Assembly: GCA_040225955.1 (NCBI GenBank)
Contig: JBECUL010000062.1
Location: 1 to 11,532 of the forward strand
Direction of reading: 5' to 3'
Source of the DNA: Candidatus Asgardarchaeum abyssi
GTDB lineage: Archaea; Asgardarchaeota; Asgardarchaeia; Asgardarchaeales; Asgardarchaeaceae
Length of the DNA: 11,532 nt
A model generated the notes under the pieces. The model had not been told where the DNA came from. It did not search any database and saw nothing but the letters and a program-made list of their open reading frames with translations. This document shows positions 1-8,036 of the stretch, in pieces (the stretch's first letter is position 1; each line of letters starts with the position of its first letter). A program made the translations under genes and the position numbers.

Positions 1-1
1 T

Positions 2-145
2 ACTGTGTTGTGGGGGATGATAACGACGGGTAGTGATTTCGATATGGATCATGAGGCAAAGCGGCTCTACGAACGTAAGCTCAAAAGATTTAATTCGATG
101 GCCGAGACTGGTAGGAGGGTGTTAACGGAGAGGCATAAAAAATAA
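2..145 (+). mobile_element. 3' end of a probable IS110-family transposase (partial, truncated by window edge)
   Basis: Frame +2 is open from the edge: TVLWGMITTGSDFDMDHEAKRLYERKLKRFNSMAETGRRVLTERHKK*. This resembles the IS110 C-terminus pattern (...RKLLxxIWxMLxxGxxF/Y...LYERKLKR). It is more GC-rich than flanking DNA. A short non-coding end follows, finishing in TTTTTCATAG (182-191), a terminus type I recall from IS110-group elements. Confidence 0.6.
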
Positions 146-191
146 AAGGAAGTAACGAGTACGAAGCATAGAGCGACGAAGTTTTTCATAG

Positions 192-206
192 AAATAAAAA
201 AGAGAA
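192..206 (-). terminator. Oligo-T (archaeal intrinsic-type) terminator candidate for the 209-1120 gene
   Basis: The minus strand reads TTCTCTTTTTTATTT immediately after the TAA stop. Confidence 0.45.
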
Positions 207-208
207 TA

Positions 209-1120
209 TTATGAGGAAATCATAGCAATATCCTCAATTATAATGCCTACTAGAAGGACTACTATAGTCATAAATACAATCATCGGCAAGCTCAAGAAAA
301 AGTAAAGCCCAGCATAAATGCCAATCCCTATAAGTCCAAGAAAAACAGTAGAGCCATTGGATGACATAGTCACTCCACCTTCTATACCATTGAATACATT
401 CCCTGCAATTAGGCCTCCTAATAGCAATAGGTTCGCGAATAGATCAATTCCTAGCATTATGTTGAAAACGTAATATTCTATCCCAGTTACTAGGCATGTA
501 TGGAACAGGAACATGGCAGCTCCAGCACCGGTGCCACACTCGTCCGTCGCAAAAAGAGATTGAAGCAAATATCCTATGAATATCACAAAAACTGGGATTC
601 CTAGTAGAAGGTAATTAAAGCCGAGAAGCCAGAGCGCAGCAGCTGAAAGCCCTAATCCTATAAGACCAGGAATCATAAAAGAACCACGAATCATATTTGC
701 AGTTATATTTTCAAAAGCTATAGCCACAGCAGCACCTATTACAAGCCAACATACCAAGCCAAAGTTTAAAAGGTAAAAGTATCCATAAGTTGCAAACCCA
801 AGAAGATATAGAATTGCTAACACATAAGTCACAAAGGGGCCGCCTTCTAATTCTTCAATACGCTCCACACCTTCAACTTCTCCAAGTTCTCCAATTTTTT
901 CAGTACTTGGTTTGTATGTAGTTCCACTACTACTTATCAAAGTTGTCTTTCTCTTTCTTATAGGTATTATGTAGTTATATCTTCTATCCTGAGCTCTCCT
1001 CTCACTATGGTTTCTCGCAGGTATATCGGGTCTTTTGTCGAAAACGTCAGGTATTCCGTCTCCATCACGATCTCCGGGACGAGGCCTCCTTCTATCCCTA
1101 TCATCCCTATCATAGAACAT
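209..1120 (-). CDS. Hypothetical polytopic membrane protein (about 8 TM) with a charged N-terminus carrying a TSP3/EF-loop-like DxDxDGxxDxxD motif
   Basis: 303-aa ORF with GAAGGAG upstream of the ATG. The N-terminal ~95 aa are highly charged (DRDGDGIPDVFDKRP). The remaining ~205 aa are hydrophobic and Gly-rich helices. Confidence 0.8.
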   Translation of the reverse strand: MFYDRDDRDRRRPRPGDRDGDGIPDVFDKRPDIPARNHSERRAQDRRYNYIIPIRKRKTTLISSSGTTYKPSTEKIGELGEVEGVERIEELEGGPFVTYVLAILYLLGFATYGYFYLLNFGLVCWLVIGAAVAIAFENITANMIRGSFMIPGLIGLGLSAAALWLLGFNYLLLGIPVFVIFIGYLLQSLFATDECGTGAGAAMFLFHTCLVTGIEYYVFNIMLGIDLFANLLLLGGLIAGNVFNGIEGGVTMSSNGSTVFLGLIGIGIYAGLYFFLSLPMIVFMTIVVLLVGIIIEDIAMISS

Positions 1121-1300
1121 GAGACGGATTCTCCTTCACTATGGTTAAAAATATATTATGTATTAATAATATTTAAGCATAATGAAATATACACTAGAAT
1201 TTATTATACACAATATATTAACTATTAACCGATTACGATCAATTATATTACGCTTATAATAATTATTAGCGATTGGCCATTATAAAAAGCAAATCATTTT

Positions 1301-2140
1301 TTACTCGGAAAGGCTCATAACACCAAGACCAATTATAGTAATTACTTCTATTAGCTTATAAGCTGTAATAATATCTTCAGATCTAAATGTAAGGACATTA
1401 CCAGAACTTCTATGAATAGCTGGTATGAACTCAGCGACATCGCCAACCGTAGAATCTGTAACTTCAACAACTACATTAAGTGGTCCATCTCTCTTGAAGG
1501 GTTTTATCTCTCCATTTTTCCATTTATCAATAGCAACTTCCAATTTTGTTCTTATCTCAGAAGCCACCGTTTTTGGGTGTTTGGAAATCGCTGCTCTTCG
1601 ACCGACGGAAAACTTTGTAATAACAGCTTCAATTTCGGGGATTAGTTGCCTAGCATGAGAAACTAATTTATCATCTCCTGTTGTGAAGATTACGGGAACA
1701 TTGTAATAACCGGCAACTGCGGCATTCAACCAAAACTCGCTCACTTCCTCATCGTTTATTAAGATCCTCTGAATAACTCTACTGCTTATTGTATGATCCA
1801 TAATACTATATTTTTCTCCCTTCTTAGAATGATATCCTACAAAAATTGCAAAATCGAAGCCTTGACCAATTGAGTTAACCATACAAGTCTCCCTTGGAAA
1901 TCCAGATAGCAGTTCCACATATTCTGGAAGCTCATCAACTAGGAGGTTTATCATTCCAGCATGAGAATCGGCGATGACTATTCTTTCAGCACCAAGTCTG
2001 TGTAATGTCTCTGCAACGGTCTTCACCTCAGCAGTCATCCATTTCCTTGCGATTTGATACTCATCTCCTTTTGGAATTACTTGGGTTGGTGTAAAAACAG
2101 CAGCTATTCCTTCCATGTCGACAGAAACATAAGCCTTCAT
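1301..2140 (-). CDS. dppA: D-aminopeptidase DppA, peptidase family M55 (zinc metallopeptidase)
   Basis: M55 signature motifs are present: MKAYVSVDMEG (D-x-E metal ligands), ADSH, GYH, HT, SE and GDD. The length of 279 aa is typical. The SD GGTGATAAGGA precedes the ATG. Confidence 0.93.
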   Translation of the reverse strand: MKAYVSVDMEGIAAVFTPTQVIPKGDEYQIARKWMTAEVKTVAETLHRLGAERIVIADSHAGMINLLVDELPEYVELLSGFPRETCMVNSIGQGFDFAIFVGYHSKKGEKYSIMDHTISSRVIQRILINDEEVSEFWLNAAVAGYYNVPVIFTTGDDKLVSHARQLIPEIEAVITKFSVGRRAAISKHPKTVASEIRTKLEVAIDKWKNGEIKPFKRDGPLNVVVEVTDSTVGDVAEFIPAIHRSSGNVLTFRSEDIITAYKLIEVITIIGLGVMSLSE

Positions 2141-2338
2141 ATCCTTATCACCAATTGAATATTCATCTTCACATTAAAAAATGTTAAAGTTTAGCTTTTG
2201 TTTTTACATCAAAAGATCCCACTTCTATTACTCTGTGATTATTTACATTCCACTTTAAGGATAAAACATTAAATTCTCTCTTAAATCAGTTAATGTAGTT
2301 TCTCCCCTTCTCAACTCTCGACATATGAGATGGGATAA

Positions 2339-2785
2339 TTATTTACTATATTTATTTAGCCATTCCTCAGGCGTTAATACTTCGCAATCTATTTTATTTT
2401 CGAAATGTCTCTTATTCCAAGTGACGAAAACATCAACACCGTTAGATTCAAGCGTATAGATAATTAAAGCATCAGAGAAATGTATTTTTCTATTAATGAC
2501 ACTCATAATGTTTTCAGTAAACTCACCCCATGAGATAGGTAAATTGTGAGTTATTACCATAAGGTTATCTATGGATAATAACTGTTTATAAATACGCTGG
2601 GCCACCTGGACGTTTGCTCCAATGACCAAAAGACCATATAATTCTAATAAGTTATATAGAGTGATCATTCTCCTTTGTTTCTTGCTTTTCCTTAAAAAAT
2701 CAAGCGTAATATCGTATCTTTTATCCCTTTTGAAAAGATAAGCTATTGCTAAGACATCTGTATCTATTGCTAGGGAGGCAGTCAT
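2339..2785 (-). CDS. vapC: PIN-domain ribonuclease, VapC-like toxin
   Basis: N-terminal AIDTDVL, LLE, FSDALI and FVTWNKRHF are PIN-domain motifs. 148 aa. The start overlaps the stop of the upstream RHH gene (ATGA). Confidence 0.88.
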   Translation of the reverse strand: MTASLAIDTDVLAIAYLFKRDKRYDITLDFLRKSKKQRRMITLYNLLELYGLLVIGANVQVAQRIYKQLLSIDNLMVITHNLPISWGEFTENIMSVINRKIHFSDALIIYTLESNGVDVFVTWNKRHFENKIDCEVLTPEEWLNKYSK

Positions 2786-3108
2786 GTTCTTCGCCTCATT
2801 ATATTCATTATTTCATCAATATTATCAGTTCCGAAATAATTAATTAGGTTTTGCATTATCTTTTCTTCATCAAAATCTACCCTAATGTCGGCGAGGTCTA
2901 TATCCTTTCTCTTAGTCAATTTTCCCATAATGTTCATCTCAGTAAGTTTTCCTAAGCCACTTCCTCTTTCATATCTCTCTAAAAGATGACGAATTGCATC
3001 TACTATAGCGTCTCCCTTATTTCTATAATATCCCTCTTCACATAATTTTTCAATCCTTTTTAGCAGTTTTTCTGGTATTCTGATCTGAATTAATACGGTA
3101 TTAACCAT
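2782..3108 (-). CDS. Ribbon-helix-helix (CopG/Arc/MetJ) protein, putative antitoxin
   Basis: VLIQIRIPEKLLKRIEKLCEEGYYRNKGDAIVDAIRHLL is the archaeal RHH pattern (xxxRxP..L...I..L...GYY..RSxxIRxA). The SD GGTGATTAGGA is present. It is translationally coupled to the PIN gene. Confidence 0.88.
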   Translation of the reverse strand: MVNTVLIQIRIPEKLLKRIEKLCEEGYYRNKGDAIVDAIRHLLERYERGSGLGKLTEMNIMGKLTKRKDIDLADIRVDFDEEKIMQNLINYFGTDNIDEIMNIMRRRT

Positions 3109-3142
3109 ATCCTAATCACCAAATATAATAATCACTGAGTAG

Positions 3143-3165
3143 ATATATTATTTTTGCAATATTGC
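3143..3165 (-). promoter_or_regulatory. TATA-like box and 10-bp palindrome (GCAATATTGC), candidate autoregulatory operator of the TA operon
   Basis: A perfect palindrome at 3156-3165 lies just upstream of TAATATAT (minus strand, ~3143-3150), about 35-55 nt before the RHH start. RHH antitoxins typically bind palindromes in their own promoter. Confidence 0.4.
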
Positions 3166-3252
3166 TTTTGCAGTATAATAAATATTTTTATATTTCTGAG
3201 TATGAGTATGCTGGTTATCTACTCGCTAATAAATGTGAAGTAACTCTCTTGT

Positions 3253-3636
3253 TTAGAAGAAAATATGAATTAAAATGGAAATGAAAAGAAAAATCAAAGC
3301 TAATAATCCATTAAGCTCCTTCACTCTGAGAATTCTCGTTGGTAATTCCCTAGGCTTTGCTTGTTCACGTAAATACTTTCTATAATATTTGTGCAACAAC
3401 ACGTACCTACCTACTTTTATAAGATCTCTTTCGGTAGACTCCGATGGTGTCACAAAATATAGGACTAGAAATAAGATGAACTGCAAGAAAGATGAAGTTA
3501 GAAGTACATTACGCAGCACAAAGACCTTGTATGTGTATTCATAGAGGAGGACTGTACCAACAACTAGGAGGTTTAAGATAATCACACACAAAACGATCTT
3601 CTTCTCAATATTTATCTTTCGTTTTCTATCAGCCAA
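3253..3636 (-). CDS. Small hypothetical membrane protein (about 3 TM)
   Basis: 127-aa ORF with a TTG start preceded by GGTGA. Two N-terminal hydrophobic helices, a basic loop and a C-terminal hydrophobic helix. Confidence 0.7.
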   Translation of the reverse strand: MADRKRKINIEKKIVLCVIILNLLVVGTVLLYEYTYKVFVLRNVLLTSSFLQFILFLVLYFVTPSESTERDLIKVGRYVLLHKYYRKYLREQAKPRELPTRILRVKELNGLLALIFLFISILIHIFF

Positions 3637-3733
3637 AAATATTCACCATTAAAACATGCAAGGATGAGATATCCTCTTTACTGTAATATTTCGATTTTTA
3701 TGTATAATAAGGTATCTCCCATAATAAGGCTGA

Positions 3734-4681
3734 TTACTGGGAAATTTGTTTAGCCAGAATGATTTCTTCGCTTTCAATCTTATGCGGAAATCTATCTTTA
3801 ATATAGCTGCTATAAATTTCCTCCTCCACTAAGAGATGAAGTTTTTTGAGTCCTATCGCTTTAGCCTTACTAAACATGATCTTAAAAACATCAGACAAGT
3901 TTTTCGTATTGTATACCCATAATACAAGCTTGCCTTTATTACCAGCAGATAATAAACTCTCGATAATGTATAAAGCATCAAGGTCTGGTATGTATCCCTC
4001 TTCATAACATTCTCTGGATGTTTCTATTGCATACGAACATTGTTTCTTAACCCAGATGACATAAGAGGATGATATTCTGGGAGTTATTAAGTACATTTCA
4101 CCTAATATTTTAAAGCTCTGTGGAAAACTATCTACGCTATAATGCAGAGACACTGTCTCCTCGTACCTTTCAAGATCCAATAGTACTGAGGTTATGTTAT
4201 AAACTACTTTATCCAGTCCCACCTTTTTATAAAAGGCTATAGCTTTTTTCTCAGGCCATACACTAATTGTGTCACAATTGTTTTTCCTTGCTATCTCTAA
4301 TGCCTTATTTACAAGACTCTTCCCTACTCCCTTCCCACGATAATCTTTGTGAACCCACATAATATCTATAAATGCTGTTTTCCCTAGAGGTCCTTTATCT
4401 TTGCCTATATAAAGCTCTAACTCGCCAACAATTTTATCTTCAACCACGGCTACTAATGGATATTGCCCGCTGGTTAGAAGATGATTTATATGTATAGCGC
4501 AAGTTTCAATACTCATCCAAGGTCCACCAAGCATCCAGCGCTCGATAACGTTCAATTCTTCATATCTTGCTTCAACACGTTTACCATTAACAATTTTATA
4601 CCATTTAGAGACATCTGAACGGTGAACATCAACAATTCCTTTAACATCATCCAGAGTTGCCATTCTGATAGATATGTCCAT
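3734..4681 (-). CDS. GNAT-family N-acetyltransferase with C-terminal extension
   Basis: IRMATLDD start, acetyl-CoA motif A (MWVHKDYRGKGVGKSL) and motif B (AIAFYKKVG), plus a GGPWMSIETCAIH segment. The SD GGTGGA fits the ATG at 4681; GTG at 4684 is an alternative start. Confidence 0.88.
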   Translation of the reverse strand: MDISIRMATLDDVKGIVDVHRSDVSKWYKIVNGKRVEARYEELNVIERWMLGGPWMSIETCAIHINHLLTSGQYPLVAVVEDKIVGELELYIGKDKGPLGKTAFIDIMWVHKDYRGKGVGKSLVNKALEIARKNNCDTISVWPEKKAIAFYKKVGLDKVVYNITSVLLDLERYEETVSLHYSVDSFPQSFKILGEMYLITPRISSSYVIWVKKQCSYAIETSRECYEEGYIPDLDALYIIESLLSAGNKGKLVLWVYNTKNLSDVFKIMFSKAKAIGLKKLHLLVEEEIYSSYIKDRFPHKIESEEIILAKQISQ

Positions 4682-4808
4682 CACAGATCCACCACTTAAG
4701 CTATACTACGTGTTATCATATAGAGTATTATTAAATATTGATGCAATACATTATTAAGCTCAAGATCGTATCATATTAGTGATATAAGTAGATCATGAGG
4801 TCTAAATA

Positions 4809-6254
4809 ATGAACTCAGACAAAATTATAGAATATTATTCTAAACCAATAGTGCGAAAAGAAATAGTAGATTACTCTAAAAACAAATGGATTGCACTTCA
4901 TACTACAAGAGGGGGAGAAGAAGGAGGTCTTTTTATTAGATATTGGAAAAAATCAGGAGACCCTTTATATATCTCTAAGGAAGAAGAAATTGATGGACTG
5001 ATAAAAAGATTTTTGGGGTTAGGTCCAAGAACCATTTATGCTTCAGTTAATGTATACTCTGTCGTCTCTAGGGAGAGTATTGAGGACCCGAAGTATATTG
5101 TCTATACAACACCTATATGGGATATTGATGGTACTATAGAACACTGGGAAAAGATGATCGAGGCTGCTAGAGTAATAGTTGAGTTCCTTGAAAAAGAGGG
5201 CGTTTCGAAATCTGTATATCTTAAGTGGTCTGGAAGGGGTATCCACGTTCAAATTCACGAAAGGGCTTTTTCAAAAGATATTCTATCTAAATATCATCCA
5301 TTAGATATTGCTTACTCCATAGTCGAGTATGTGTTAAAGAAGACCACAAAGAGACTTGTTGAAATAGCTAAAGAAGCCCCATCTGAAGAAAGACCACTTA
5401 AAGTCGAAAACGAAATAGACATTAAGAGGGTTTTCACAGTGCCTCTTTCCCTTCATAAATTCTTAGACTATTCAGCAGTATGTTTTAAACCGAATGAAAT
5501 TGATAACTTCACATTGGACTGGACAAAACCGGATGTACTAAAACACAACCCAGATTGGAGAGTTTTTGTGGAAGGAGAGGCCGATAATCTTGCAATTAAC
5601 GCCATTAAAGAAATTGGAGGTTACTTTAAGAAAGTTGGGGAGATAAGAACAGTAGTGCAAGTAGCTAAATCGGTAGCTAAACCTAAAACTGTTGAAAAAC
5701 CAGTAATAAAAACCACAGCAAAATTGGGAAGATTCCAAGTTATGGCTCTTCTTCAAGCCGCCAGATATTACCTCCTAACTGGTGATGTGGAAAAAGCAAA
5801 ATCATTTGGCTTAAACCGAGCCATCTTTTACGCATGGGCGAAACATCACGGCAGAGAAAGAATCTTCAGAAGAGTAACTGGTAGAGGAAAAGACGTGGAG
5901 GTGCTTATTGAGAAAGGAAAGAAAATGGTCTTTGTTGGCGATGAGGGGGCCTTTCTTTCTAACCGCGATTGGTTTATAATCGGGAATAAGGAACAACTGC
6001 CAAGCGATTACGATAGAGAAATAGCCAGAAAGATAAACTCTGTGATTCCTTATGACTTAGCATGGCAAAAGGCACTCGAGTACCTAAAAAAGTTTCCAAA
6101 GAGCACTTTATTGAATCAACAAAAATTTTTTGAGGCATACAAAAAAGTGAGGGATGATTTCATTGAAAAAGTTGTAAAGGGTGAGAAAAAGGAAAGTACA
6201 TTACTCGACTTTACTAAGTTTTTAGAAGAGAAAAGCGACAAAAACAAAAAATAA
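4809..6254 (+). CDS. Archaeo-eukaryotic primase (AEP/Prim-Pol) superfamily protein fused to an uncharacterised C-terminal helical domain; not canonical PriS
   Basis: AEP motif I is WDIDG (5118-5132), motif II is KWSGRGIH (5223-5246) and motif III is IDIKRVFTVPLSLH (~5415-5456). A K/V/P-rich linker follows, then a domain starting GRFQVMALLQAARYY...KSFGLNRAIFYAWAK. The SD GAGGT is upstream. Confidence 0.8.
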   Translation: MNSDKIIEYYSKPIVRKEIVDYSKNKWIALHTTRGGEEGGLFIRYWKKSGDPLYISKEEEIDGLIKRFLGLGPRTIYASVNVYSVVSRESIEDPKYIVYTTPIWDIDGTIEHWEKMIEAARVIVEFLEKEGVSKSVYLKWSGRGIHVQIHERAFSKDILSKYHPLDIAYSIVEYVLKKTTKRLVEIAKEAPSEERPLKVENEIDIKRVFTVPLSLHKFLDYSAVCFKPNEIDNFTLDWTKPDVLKHNPDWRVFVEGEADNLAINAIKEIGGYFKKVGEIRTVVQVAKSVAKPKTVEKPVIKTTAKLGRFQVMALLQAARYYLLTGDVEKAKSFGLNRAIFYAWAKHHGRERIFRRVTGRGKDVEVLIEKGKKMVFVGDEGAFLSNRDWFIIGNKEQLPSDYDREIARKINSVIPYDLAWQKALEYLKKFPKSTLLNQQKFFEAYKKVRDDFIEKVVKGEKKESTLLDFTKFLEEKSDKNKK

Positions 6255-6306
6255 CTGCCAAATGATGACTTTTTATTAACTTCGCTAAAAACAAAGGATT
6301 TTCAAA

Positions 6307-6359
6307 GCAAAATGTATAAATACGTTTATGATAATTTATTTTATCATAATTTAAATTAT
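6307..6359 (+). promoter_or_regulatory. Promoter (BRE/TATA: GCAAAATGTATAAATA) followed by palindromic operator-like sites
   Basis: TATAAATA at ~6315-6322, an inverted repeat TTATGATAA-N6-TTATCATAA (6326-6349) and a perfect 14-bp palindrome ATAATTTAAATTAT (6346-6359), all upstream of the ATPase start. Confidence 0.55.
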
Positions 6360-6378
6360 AATATTTCTAGTGATAAAA

Positions 6379-7763
6379 ATGTTTGATCGTGAAATTGAAA
6401 TTGAAACTTTAATAGATGCTGTTAACTCTGGAAAAGCAGAGCTCGTTATAATTTATGGACGGCGACGATTAGGGAAGACCACTCTAGTACACAAACTATT
6501 GAGAAGAGTAAATAACAGTATTTACCTGTTCACGCCACATGGAGATATATCAGAAATAATCTTATTTTTTTCAGAAGAAATAAGAAATCGAACGAAAGAT
6601 ATTGTACAATTCGCTGATTGGAGAGATTTTTTGGAATACCTGAAGCTCAAATCAAAAGAGAGGTTCGTAGTTATCATTGACGAATTTCAGAGAATTGCAT
6701 ATTCCTATAAACCAGCCATGTCTCTTCTTCAGCACTACTGGGATTCTTATCTTTCAAAGTCAAAAATCGTTCTTATTCTAGTAGGCTCGGTAGTCGGAAT
6801 GATTGAGAGAATTGCATTATCGGGTAACGCCCCTCTTTTCGGAAGAATGACACGTGAAATTAAATTGGACATGATTCCATACATAATAACAAGAAACTAT
6901 TGGGAAAAATACTCTGAGGAGAAAAAGATAGAAGCCTACGGTTTTTTGGAGGAACTCCTGGCTATTTCACGTTGGTTGATGATAATAAATCTGTTTTAGA
7001 TAACGTGGAGGAGCTTATACTTTCTCCTAATGCTCGCTTAGCAAGAGAGCCAGAATCACTACTATCGGAAGAAACAAGAACACCCGCTACTTATATGTCG
7101 ATACTATCACAATTATCTAGAAGTGGAAGAGGTCTCCCACTATCAAAAATAAAGGTAAGAAAAGGCACTCCTACAAGCTATCTAAGAACACTAAATAAAA
7201 TGAATCTTGTTGAGAAAATAGTTTCTTTAGCTCAAGGAGATACCTTATATACTATCGCTGATGAATTTTTCAGATTCTGGTTCTTCTTCATATATCCAAG
7301 GCAGAACCTTATAGAGCTGAAACAGGGACACTTGATTCGAAAAATAATAGAGAAAAACAAAGACATTTATCTCTCAGTAACTTTCGAGAAGATTCTCCGA
7401 GAATTAATTCTTTTTTCATCCGGAAGAAGAATAGCTAATATTGACATTCCAATAATTGATAAAATAGGTAGCTACTGGTGGAAAAATTTAGAGGTCGATG
7501 TATGTGCAATATCGAGCGACACTGTAATCGTGGGAGAAGCAAAATGGCAAAACAAAACAATAACCGCTGAAGATGCTAGGAATTTCATAAAGAAAATGGA
7601 GCTAATAAAAGAAAACATGAAAAAGAAAAAGGCTATAGGTTTCTTCGCAACAAAATCAGATTTCTCAAAGGTCGCAGAGGATATATTATCAGATAACACT
7701 GTTCTTATAAATTTAGAAAACTTACCTGATATACTTAACTCCTTGCGTTATTCTCAAAGATGA
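6379..7763 (+). pseudogene. Archaeal ATPase (ATPase_2-type P-loop) with wHTH and DUF234/PD-(D/E)xK-like C-terminus, split by a 1-nt frameshift at 6942-6947
   Basis: ORF1 has MFDRE, Walker A YGRRRLGKT, Walker B IIDEFQ, LVGS and PLFGR. ORF2 has DEFFRFWF, FEKILRE and EVD...GEAKW. Adding one T to the T6 run restores EAYGFFGGTPGYF, the family GGxPxY motif, and fuses both ORFs into about 461 aa. This could be a pseudogene, a sequencing error or recoding. Confidence 0.85.
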
Positions 7764-8036
7764 TAGAATAACGTTTTCCTCCTAATACACTATAGTCTTT
7801 CTTGTGATAGAAATCCGTCTAAAAATAGGGAGAGTACATGTTATTGAATAAAATAGCATCACTATACCAAATACTTAATTTTAACATTATGTTAATGTGA
7901 ATCAGAGATTTATCTCTATGAATTTAAACTACTGCTTACGTGAGTCAACAATTCTAGTTTGCTTAATCAAAACATAAAAGCGAGATAGCTTAATTTAGAT
8001 AATATAATCCATAAATTCAACAGTCTTTTTAAAGTA

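Noticed and set aside
1251-1271. Imperfect hairpin CGC-TTA-TAATAATTATTA-GCG downstream of dppA
   Set aside because: It has an AT-only core in very AT-rich DNA and is too weak to call as a terminator or operator.
1007-1658. Plus-strand ORFs 1007-1228, 1412-1645 and 1425-1658
   Set aside because: They are antisense shadows of the membrane protein and dppA genes, with no SD or recognisable motifs.
5043-5996. Minus-strand ORFs 5043-5258, 5538-5756 and 5811-5996
   Set aside because: They are short antisense frames inside the well-supported AEP gene.
7472-7699. 75-aa minus-strand ORF
   Set aside because: It is antisense to the ATPase C-terminal half and has a shadow-like composition.
6972-7763. 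Independent 263-aa gene starting at TTG 6972
   Set aside because: It is better explained as the 3' half of the frameshifted ATPase, because the GGTPGY motif lies in this frame just upstream of the supposed start.
4809-7763. AEP plus ATPase-nuclease as a single defence or replication operon (or a CRISPR-associated Prim-Pol, or a plasmid replicon)
   Set aside because: The ATPase has its own TATA box and operator after a T-tract, and this ATPase family is commonly scattered in archaeal genomes. No cas, helicase or integrase genes are present.
7838-7900. 20-codon ORF MLLNKIASLYQILNFNIMLM with AGGGAG upstream
   Set aside because: It is too short, is expected by chance and has no supporting motif.
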